In this document: positions 25,047 to 37,000 of the stretch, piece after piece
Numbering within the stretch: the stretch's first letter is position 1
How the letters are laid out: each line of letters begins with the position of its first letter
NCBI GenBank assembly: GCA_000934665.2
Contig: KZ538796.1
Coordinates: forward strand, 1 to 47,577
Length of the DNA: 47,577 nt
Reading direction: 5' to 3'
From: Catajapyx aquilonaris
Taxonomy: Eukaryota
Position numbers and translations under genes: made by a program
Notes under the pieces: generated by a model
The model's input: the letters and a program-made list of their open reading frames with translations, nothing else
Databases searched by the model: none
Told to the model about the DNA's origin: nothing

Positions 25047-28000
25047 CTGTTGAAGGAAATGTAACAGAGGCAGACACCTTAAGCATCACACATAGGTACA
25101 TAAATATTTTAAAGAAATATTGGCAGGTAATGTTGGGTTCGAGTTGGGTCGAGAAGGGCGTGTGGCGTTAGATGACCGTTGGGCGACGGTTAGTGACGGT
25201 TGGAACGGTTGCGACCGTTAGATGACGGTTGGTGGCGGTTAGTGGCTGTTGTACGCAGTATTTGACGTCTAAGTCGGTACATCGCGATGTACCATTTTCA
25301 AGTCACTACATCTGAATGATGGGCTGTCTACAAGTCATCCTGCATACCCTATACAGCATGAGATATGCAACATAAAATTGTCTGTGATCTATCTATGGCC
25401 ACAAGTCTTACTTATTCAATTGCATGCATTTCATTCAACAATGTGACACATCTGGCAAACTTAAGCGCTTTAGTGCGCATCGTTTCTCACTCACTCTGCC
25501 AACCTGACGTAATTCACCTCCTCCATCTGCTTTTATCTCCTCTGCCAATCAAGTAGTAATCAACGTGGCGGTAATTAAGTCAGTAAATTAGCGTCGTAAA
25601 TAACATGGGTAGCAGTTTAAGCTGAAATCCCACCTTGCATACTCCCTCCAATATATTTCAACCGCCACTGCCTCTACTTGATTTGCTTTCCAAGCATAAA
25701 AGGCCCTCCATGTCCTTCGCCTGAATAATAATGGCCGAGTAATTTCAGAGATTACAACGTTTACTGCAGTTGTAATTAAACGCAGTGTCGATTAATAAAT
25801 GCGTACGGACTTTTACATTGAGTCGCTACATTAAGCAGAGCTACTAACTTACAATGCAATATTTTTTACTTCAATTGTTGAAACTGGCAGGATACAGATT
25901 CCAAAAAAGTACATCCTTAATGAAATTCACTTCTTGAATATTCATGGCTTTATTTTGACGACAAGATTGTTCCCCATTTATCACGTTTTTTTTTTTTGCC
26001 TTTATCTACACAGTTGAATTTGCCAAGCTGACAACTATCTGGCTCTGCAACAAAAGCTAGGGGCTTGTAAACAGCTATTTCCCCCTGGCGGCAATGAATC
26101 GAAAGCTTGGGAGAATATTAACTAAGTTGAGGAAGGTCTCTTCCTTTCGATATCCGACTTCATTTTCTTTTTTGGGCTCACGTGAAAAGCAAGATTTCAT
26201 GACAGCTCCTTGAGCAAATAAATTACTTTGGCGTTTCCGTGTGCTTCAAAAGAGGCCCGCAGGCTCAGGAAAGCAGAAAAAACTTGAGAAGTAGGCGAGG
26301 AAAGTTACGATGTGAAGAATTACTTCTGACATCAAATATTTCTATGGTGGTGATAGTCGCGAGATGTGGAGTTTTTTTTCGTGGAGTAGGTTTAGGAGCA
26401 CGCTCAGGTTGATTGTTTTTGGAAGGTGACAAGAGCACCTGGGGTGTTCGCGATGTTGAAGGTTTAGTTTGTGATGGCATCGGACGCGTAGAATGCATCA
26501 GAATTGCTGTGGAATGCTAAGTGTGACTTTCTGAGTGACGGTTGAGACGGTTGGAACCGTTATGACTGTTGAATGACGGTTGGAACCGTTACGACCGTTG
26601 AATGACGGTTGGACCCACGGTTGTTAGAGTAAATCCTGTTGGGGGGGGGGGGGGTTGTACCCCTTATATGTCGTATAACATGACTGTTGGAACCGTTGGA
26701 TGACGGTTAATGAGTAACCCAGGCCTATACTAGCCTACACTCTTTAATCGGTTCAGTTAAAAATGAATAAAAGTTTAAAAGTTTAGACTTTTATTCATTT
26801 CCATCAATATTCCATCCACATTATGGAATTTCCCAATTTACTCAAGATTAATTTTTAATGCGTAGAAATTATGATAAAAATTCTGAACATTTCGTACCGG
26901 TATAATTTTACTCGTTCATGTGATCTATTCATAAGTGTGACAAACGATCTCGCCATTTCACTAATAATCATTTCGTAGATTCTCGTATGTACGATTACGA
27001 AATCCCTTATGATCTTTTAATATAGTTTTACATTTTTTTCTCTTCTACTCTCTGATGTGGATGTAACTGTAACATCTTAAATGAATATTTAGTCACGTGT
27101 TTGTTTGGCATCGCCGCTTAACAAACGTTGAAACATATATTATATCCTGACATACACAAAGGCGAAAACCTCCAGTTTGTGATAACATCCTGAAAGTTGT
27201 TGACCACTAGAGTCAGCGGTTAACTTTCCCAGCCCTTTGACACTAGAATCCAATGCTCAACTTCAAAGCCCCTCCAAACTTTTTTCAGGGATGATGCAGA
27301 TTAGTTTTCGCCATGATCTTTGAAGAGTTTCCCATCGGCAACTAGTTTTCACACATGGAAAGGCCGCGGCGTGGACCCCGAGGTCATGCCCAGCTGCACC
27401 TGACAACTGTGGGGCGTCATCCTTCCGGTGTTGGATGCTCTTTGGCTCCTATGTGGCCAGTGTGTGCACCGAACCCACCCCATCCCCTACCCCCGCATCC
27501 CCAAAAACTCACTCTCCATTTCGCCTCTTTTGAAAGAGCGCTTGATGGGTTGGAAAGCTTTCATGAGCTTCGTTGGAGAGTGGCAAACATCCCCTACCCC
27601 CCAAAACCCCATGGACCCCCTACCTACACGTCAGCTGCATCTTTCCATTGTTGTCAGAGACACCCATCACTCTACTAAAACCGCTTCTAAATGACAGGAT
27701 CATGCTCTATGGCCTCTGGGATTATAAATGGCGAACACGGCCCTGTGTTGCTCAACTTTCAGAAAATTTTCTGGCTGATGATCTCCATTCGTCCCATTGG
27801 CAAACAGACCCCCCCAAAGTAATTTGAAAATCCCTCCGCGCTCTGTAGCAAAGAATGTCATGAATAATTGAGGCCGTGTTTCACAGCGCGATGAAGTCTG
27901 CCGAAAGACAAACCGGCAGCTCCCTAGTAAATTCCTATAACGCCATGTTTCGTATTCATAGAAGCATCTTCCAGCCTAAGGGGAGAGGGTGGGAGGGAGC

Positions 28001-31000
28001 TTCCCGCATTTTAGAATCCACCAATGAGGTCTTATTCCTTACGGAAAAACGAGGTTCAACGGTAAAAAAATTTCCACCCCCACAGTATCGATACCATCTT
28101 GAAACTTGAATGTCTGAGCTTTCCAACAGCGTGAATATTACATCCCTTTCCCACGTGCTAGTCTCTTCATCAAGGTTGAATAAGTTCTCGAACGGAACTC
28201 GACAGTTTATAAGGGAGGATGAGCATGGGGGGGGGGNNNGGGGGGGGGGGTGAGACATTTGGGCGAACAAGGCCGTCGAGTTGCTGCCCGATATGGCTTC
28301 ATTAAGGCGGCCAAGGATGCGAAGCCAGCGCCGCAAGAGATGTTCATCTTCTAAGTGCAAGTTTCAACACGTCAGCCTGACACCTAGGGTTTTTCGTCTG
28401 CCTCGAGGTTGTTGAACCTGCCACATCTGGTCTTCTGACTCTAAAAGCTGGAGAGGAAACTTTAGGCTTGGCTTGCACTATTTTGAGGCTTAAAGACCAG
28501 TTTTGGCAATTCTACGGCCGGTTCTAGGAACGTGGCCAGTTATCTACACCCAGGTTATCTCGGACCAATATTCTAAAAAGTCAGCACAGAATTGCTTCTT
28601 GGGTCTGTTATGCATACAACCGCCATCCATCCGTAATGTAACGGTCCCAACCGTCACCCAACGGCCATCTAACTGCCCCAAGAGTCTCACCCGCCACAAA
28701 CCGACACCCAACTGTCATGTAACGGTCCTAACAGTCCTAACTAACCGTCCTCCAACGGTCAGTAACGGTTGAGACTCTTGGGACCGTTATATGACCGTTG
28801 TAGTGGCGGTTGAGGTGGTCAGAACCATTAGATGACGGTTAGGACCGTTACATTCCGGTTGGGTGGCGGTTGACTCGATTGGAGTCATTTGATGGCCGTT
28901 AGATTACCGTTGTGTGGCGGTTGGGACCGTTACATGACCATTAGATGACTGTTGGATGTCGGTTAGGACCGTTACATGACGGATGAATGGCAGTTGGTGG
29001 CGGTTGAAATGGTTGGAGCCATTATATGACCGTTGGATGTCGGTTAGTGACAGTTAAGACGGCTGGAACCGTTTAGATGACCGTTGGGTGACGGTTAGTG
29101 ACAGTTACATTCCGGGTAGGTGGCGGTTGACACGATTGAAGCCCTTATATGGCCATTAGATGACCGTTGGGTGACGGCTATGACCGTTAGATGACCGTTG
29201 GATGACGGATATGACCGTTACATGACGGGTGGATGGCGGTTGTGTGCATTACAGACCCAAGACGCAATTCTGTGCTGACTTTTCCATACCTACCATACAG
29301 AATGGATCCTAAATAACCTGGGTGTATATTCTCCAACAATTTGCCCACAAAACCGTCCCATCCAGAGCATGAAAATCCCAGTTCCTTTTTTCCCCCCAGA
29401 ACACTGCACGCCCAGTTGTTGCGAATTATCCCTTACGCTCACATTTTTGTTTGCAGTGTGTAGCTGGGCTCGGTGCATATAAAAAGGCTCGCAAAGCTCA
29501 TTAGAACCGTCGCTTTGGGTATTTCGTTGAAAGAGCATGCTGCAGTTACGCTTTTGCGTCCACAGTTGCTCCAAGTGTAGTGCAAATAATGCATCATGAG
29601 GGTATAAATCATGGAGAAAAGAGAGTTTGGATAGGGCCAGTTTTCGCCTCGTTTCTATTGCCACCACAGATATCCACAACTTGGCACTGATAGTAAAAGG
29701 GGTGGGGAGGGTTGGAAGGAGGAGGAGGAGAGATGCTTTTGAAAAAGGAATGTGGCTCGTGGGAAACTGAATACAATGCGGAGAATTCAGGAAGGAGAAT
29801 CCGACGCCCTATTGTGCATTTCTGCGCCGCAATCTTTATTGGAACGCTCTTTCCTTTGTGTCGTCTTTTTTTGGCGGGAAGGCTAGGGGGTGGATTCGTC
29901 TCGAAATTAGTCGCAGTGAAAATTATTGTTTCGAGGCGAATAATGGCGAATTTTGCACTCCCCACGATTAGGTGCGAGTTGGTTCTCCCTAACAGAACAA
30001 ATGCGGGGAAATGGGTAAATTCCAGTGTAATTAACTTTCAAATGAGAAATGAGTGACAAATATTAGGGGTTAGCTTGATTAAATCTTAGCAAATTCAACA
30101 ATGCCTGTACGAGGATATTAAATTATGAAAAACTCGAGGGAAAACGTAGCTTTCTTGTGACTGACTGATTTTTTGGCAGTACTTTTTTCATGAAATTTTC
30201 AATGAAATTTTTCATCCAATGAAATTTTACAATTAATGAAACATTCAATTAAATTAAATATTCAATTAAATTTTACAATTAATGAAACATTCAATTAAAT
30301 TAAATATTCAATTCAATTAAATGTTCAATTAAATTAAATGTTCAATTAAATTAAATATTTCCATTAAATGAAACTTTTCTATTAAATGCAATTTCCCCTT
30401 AAATTTAATTTGTCCATCAAAAGAAAATTTTCCATGCAAGTTTTCCATTAAATTAAAATTTGCATTAAATGAAATTTTCCTTAGCTTAAAATTTTCCAGC
30501 AAATTACATTCTTCCATTGAATGACATTTTCCTATCAAATGAAACTTTTCCACTAAAGGAAAATTCCCCAAAAAATGAAATTCCATCAAATGAAAATTTT
30601 CTATTAAATGACATTTTTCATCAAAAAATATTTCCAATCAAATGAAATTGTCCATCAAATTAAATAGGCCTATATTGTCCATCAAATGATAATTTTCTAT
30701 CCAATGAAACTTTTCTATCAAATTGAATTTTTCCATTAACTGAAACTTTCCATGAAATAATAGCTAACTGCATTTGAAACATTTCATCTGGAACTTTGTT
30801 TCAAATTGTGTCAAAATTGAACCCACCTGGTCATGTAACAGTCATGAGTAATTGAATAAGAATTATACAGAGCGTGGGAAAAATAAAGCTCGACCCAGGT
30901 AGCACAAACACCATACTTCATGCATGCAAAGCATTATTTCATGCACGGAAAACTTTGGGGAACAGCGAATTCACACTAAATATTTATAATACCTTGTTTC

Positions 31001-34000
31001 ACAAGCACTATTAAAATATTCAGTCCCCAGGTGGTGTCTAGAACCTGTTACACATCCAATTAAAACAAGCCCACCTCAGAACCTCGCATAAATGACGTAA
31101 CGCAAACGTTACGTAATTCATCACCTCGAGCCCAACAAAAACCTTGATTTAAAATGGCGGATGGATTAGAGGTGTTTTCCCTACCTGACTTACCGTTCAG
31201 GATGTGGACGAAGATGTTAGCCGGGTTAGCGTTGGACGGTACGCAGCTATAGTTGCCTGAGTCGGCCTTCTGCGCATTACCCATCACCATCACGCTTGAA
31301 TAACGGTCACTAGTGACCGTTACACCACGCGTCTTGTCGTAGTTGATCATCCGCTCGTTGTGATACCAGAACACGTACTGGGGCGGCTCGGTGCTTTGTC
31401 TCAAGACGCACGTCAGCTTCAGAGCGCTGCCTCTCTTCACGTACTTGTCTGGAGAGCCTAGGATTTCGGCTCGGGCCTCTGGAAATAGGACCAGGATTTT
31501 CATGTGCTTGATCCGGTTCAAAGTTGGGTGTGAGGAAGTAGTCACTACGGATTTGTCATGTCATGGGGATCTGACCATTATTTTTTTTTGTATATTTGTA
31601 TGAACACGTGAAGTGTCCTATGTGAAGGACGCAAGCGGACGCTAGGCATTTTTGAAATGCAGTAAAACCTGTCAAGTTGGACACCTTAGTATGTTGGACA
31701 CATCCCGATGTTGCACACTAGCAGTTTTGTTTAAAATGTCCAACATATGGAAGTGTCCAACTTGACAGGTTTTACTGCATTTCAAAGAATTATACACTTT
31801 TCTCCAGGTTTTATTGTATACAAATCAATTAAATGGGACTTACCTACGACCCTGAGGGTGACGAAGATGCTTTGTGGAGGATGTGTTGACACTTGACACT
31901 CATATATGCCAGCGTCACGTGGCTGGACGTACTTCACCTGTAATGTCCAGTCCTGTAAATATATGAAAATTTATTTTTCACAATTGTACAATAAATAATC
32001 ACAAAAATAACGGTCATAATGGTACAAAATGTGTACCATCGGGATGATCGTTATGTTTCACTTTTATCGCAACATAACGGTCATAACGGTCATTCTGAAG
32101 GTACAAATTTTGTACCATAAAGATGACCGTTACATTTTACGTTTATCACAAAATAACGGTCATAACGGTCATTCTGAAGGTACAAATTTTGTACCATCGG
32201 ATGACCGTTATTTTTGTGATTATTTATTTTGTGATTTTGTACATGTGCAGCACAATGGGGGCACAAAAAAACACTATGCAATTTGGTGTACCGTTCTATT
32301 TCCCCATAGAATCCCAATGTTACCCTGAAGGTTTGAGCAACAGACACACAAACACATGGTTCTTCAATGTCTTTCCGCTTCTTTTTTTTGTTCCTGTGAT
32401 GGAACGAAATCAGGTTCGATCGTAGTCCCTTTTCCCCCCTTCTTTCTTAGCTCGTTCAGATAAGGGAAAGGATGCCATTACACTTGAGAACGGTCGGTGA
32501 CCTTCCCAGGACATTTTCTTTTTCCAACTTGCTGAATTACCATGTTACCACGCCAAGGAATCAATTGAAATCTTCTCCTGCCTTTTTTCCAACATTCTTC
32601 TACAAAAATCCGGAACTTTCTTGGCCTCAAATGTAAGCTAATTCTATCCCTTGGTGGATGATGTAAAAATCTTGAAGAATTGAATTGTCTTGGGAGTGAA
32701 AAATCTTCGAAGGCAACGAAAAGTTTGACTTTTGTTGGCATCTAATAAGAAAACAGTCATTTCTTTTATAGTAACGTTTGGTTGTAAACTACAGAACAAA
32801 AGAAGACTGTTCTGTTGAGAAAAGAAGGATATCTCAAAACATGCTACGCTCTCCCACAGATTAGATACAATAAAATAAATTACTATGAAAGTATGGGACC
32901 ATAACCAATCCGGAACAGCCCTCTTTATCTCCCTTGAAGGTCTTTCCATCATTCCGGACCGAAGTCTTGGAAAGAAAGATTTTTCTCAGAGTTTCTACAG
33001 TATAGATGACCTCAAAATGTGATATCTCAGCTGTCAAGACTCGTCATTGAGGATTATACTGATTTTATCTTGATTTGGTGGCGTAGAGAGGAATAGTGCC
33101 TCATAGTTTCAATAATAAAAGGGTGTCCATGATCTTCTATGACCTATGTGAAGAGTTACAAAAATTACAGTAATGTTCACTTGTCATTTTGACACACAGT
33201 AACATGAGAATGAAGCTGAAATTAGTAATCAAGTTTTGGTAAAATAAAAGAGAGTAAGCCTGTCAGATATTGTGAAATTTCGGTGTCCAAATTTTTCACC
33301 CGTTGTGAACAAAGTTGTGAAATTCGACTCGCTGCATACTATTACAGTATTACCAAATGAAATGCACACGTAGATTTATTTTTTTACAGGCACAGCAATT
33401 TAATTAGATCGCAGACTAGTAGCATGAATACGTGTGGAAATATTGTACAGTATTTTTATTTCGCAAAAAAAAGTATATTACTCGTATACTCGTATACTGT
33501 ACAGTATGACAGTTTAAAGTATCCGCTTGGTGGAAATAGTGCGCATTTTCAAAAAAAATTTGGCTTCAAACTTTTCCTTCACTTTGCTGTACCGGTACTT
33601 CAAAGAATAGACACAAAAAGACAATACTAGACATTTTACTAACAATCACATAAAGTTTTTTAAACATGAACATAGTTCATAGTGACAGCTTAAATTCGGA
33701 TGCACTATTTATTCTGGCTCTTAATATTTGGCAGCAGAGCCAGATGTACTATGCGCAAATATTTGTGCTCAATAGATCCAATCCCAAACACAATGAAATT
33801 GCTGTTCATACTAAACAATACAGTGCGACTATTTAAAGTGTAACAACAACAACGCCTCGACACCTTCACACACAATTAACCAAGTTATATTCTGCACAAT
33901 TTAGTAGGATAGTGTAATATTATTTTGGTGAAGGGAGGTTGAAATCGTATTATCCTGGATGTTAGGCAAACCGTTTTTCTTCGAAGCTTCAAGTGTGGTT

Positions 34001-37000
34001 CTGCTATGTTAGGATAACCATTGAACTGTACCTTCAATTGTTCCTAACAATTGTTTGCTGTTTTCTAAACATTCTAAACCTGAACCTGTTATAACGGTCA
34101 TTTTGATCAGAAACGGTTGTAACGGTCATTCTGATCAAAACAGTTATAACGGTCATTTTGAGTTTCTACTCACCGACGTAACTGCATTTTATAACCGGTA
34201 CAACCAGGGATGGAAAAAGAACCGCTTCTTTGGGAGGAAGCGGTTCTTTTTCCATCCCTGCACATGGAAAAAAGAAGCGCTTCTTGGAAGGAAGCGGTTC
34301 TTTTTCCATCCCTGGGTACAACGCTATTTCCGCGTTTTAAAGTAGCCTACGTATTATTTATATTTACCCTTAATAAGTGAAAATTAATAGTCTGGTAATA
34401 TCGCACAACGTTTGGGCAAGTTTCTTGGAATTCATAGTGAATTTAAAAATTAATATTTGTGACTCGGCAGGCTGATCATGTTTAGACCTGCTTGACGGTT
34501 ATAACGGTCATTTTGATGAAAAACAGTGATAACGGTCATTCTGATCAAAAACTGCATTAACGGTCATTTTGGGTTGCTACACACCGATGTAATTGTCATT
34601 TTATAACCGTTACAACGCTATTTACACGTTTTAAAATACTATTTACTCTTAATCATTGAAAATGAATAGTCATAATATCGCACAACTCTTGGGGAAGTCT
34701 CTTGGAATTCACAGGTATTTCAAAATTAATATTTGTGACTCGCCAGGCTGATCATGTTTAGACGTGCTCCACGGTTATAACAGTCATTTGGGCGAAAACC
34801 AGTTTTAACGCTCACTTTGCTCAAAACACGGTTATAACGGTTATAATGCTGTTTTATATGATGAATATTGAATGCAAGCATATTTTTTTGATGACATTGC
34901 CTGAGAAATTTCAAGGTGCATTTTCCTCGTGTGACATCTCCATTTCCCCCAGACAAAAATCATCGATCCGACTTTCTCATAACAACAGTCGTCAGAAATT
35001 CCTCTCGTGAGATTTCTTCTTGCAGGGGTCGCAAACCCAAGACTCCTCTGTCCTTGTGCACATTCCGATAATAGCAAAGCCTATTCTCCTTCCCTTCTCT
35101 CCCTTGCTGGGCCCTGGAGCTTTTCATGCCAATCAATTTCTCTTTGTTCTCCCACCTCCCACCCTCCTTCTTCCTTCCTCCCTACCTTCATAGCGCCTTC
35201 CTCATTCTTCCCTCATTCATTTCTCGTCCCCAGTGTCATTCACTTTGTATCCACCCTTCTTCCTATTATCTAGCACAAGCTGCTTCTCCAAAGTCGCGCA
35301 TAATGCTCATCTTCGTATGTCCCCCAACACCACAGATAATTTATTCAGGAGACTGCGGTATTGGAGGAAGGAAAGGGTGTAAGGCAGGAGTTGAAACGTA
35401 TCTTGGAATTCATAGTGTATTTCATAATTAATATTTGTTACTTGCCAGACTGATTATGTTTAGACCTGCCTGACGGTTATAACAGTTTATAACGACCCGT
35501 AACAGCCATTTTGATTTTTTTTAAACAATTTAACGACCATGATCAAAAATCGTTGAAACTAGTTAAAACGGCCATTTTGATCAAAGCTGGTTATAACTAT
35601 CATTTTGGGTCGCTACGAACTATTATAACGATCACTTTGCTGAAAAACCGTTATAACGGTCATTCCAATGGGGTAGTCACTCCTCAAAAAAGTGTACACC
35701 GGCTCTCTTGAGTTGCGGCTCACCAGCAGGCTCACCGATGCCTCAGAGAGCCGCAGAGAGCCGAGGAGAGCCAACTACGTCACAACCCGCGGGGTTGATG
35801 ATATGACGTCCTGATGACGTCAATATGACGTAGTTTTCGCTCGGCTCTCCGCGGCTGTCCCCGGCTCTCTGCGGCTCACCAGTGAGGGTGTACACCGGCT
35901 CTCCGAAGTGACTACCCCCTTGGGTCATTCTGATCAAAATCTGTTATAACCGCCATTTTCGATTGCTACCAATCGCTATAACGGTCATTTTTAACGTTAT
36001 AACGTTATATGGGCGATTTTTAATATTATTTGCTCTTACGCTAATCAACGAGAATGAGTAGGCCCTACTCATAACATGATGTTATGGGAAGTTGTGGGAT
36101 GTTATGACTATACTCATTTTCACTGATTAAGGGTAAATAATATTGAAAGTCTCGTAAACAGTGTTGTCAAGGTTAAAAGTGACCGTTATAACGGTTGCGA
36201 CGGACTCTTACAGTTAGTGACCAAAAATGACCGTTATGCCGTTTCTGATCAAAGATGGAGGACCTGTTTGGCCGTTGAAGCGGCCATTTTGATCGGAAAC
36301 GGCATAACGGTCATTTTTGGTCACTAAGAGTCCGTCGCAACCGTTATAACGGTCATTTTTAACCTTGACAACACTGTTTACGAGACTTTCAATATTATTT
36401 ACCCTTAATCAGTGAAAATGAGCATAGTCATAACATCCCACAACTTTTGTGAACGCCCAAAATTAAATTCCCAGGGCACCTTCGGGAACTTCAAAGCATT
36501 TGTGGTCCTCGGCATCGAGAGCGGTGTCCAAGGGAGACCTGGGAGCCCCAGCCCAATCCCAACCACCCCCAACCATTTCGGCCCGGAGTGCTGGCCCAAT
36601 TACGGCCAAACACTCGGTGCAAGTCGCTTTCAGACCTGAGGAAATGTCGGTAAATAGGACCTTCGCAAACAAACGGCCCTGGGCTAACCAATTGCAGATA
36701 CCCTTCAGAGGAACAGAAGTGGTTGTGGACAAGCATAACTGGGAACAAACAGCTGGTATCGGGAAGAACCGAAATTGGACCTGATTTTTGTGTCCAATCG
36801 CAGCTGTATGCTTCCAGAACGCGATTTTTGGTATTGGTTGAACATGTAGCAGGTTGAACGTTATAACGGTTTGTGATTAGAATGGCCGTTAGAACGGTTT
36901 TGATCAGAATGACCGTTAGAACTGTTTGATCAGAATGACCGTTAGAACTGTGATCAGAATGACCGTTAGAACTGTGATCAGAATGACCGTTAGAACGGTT

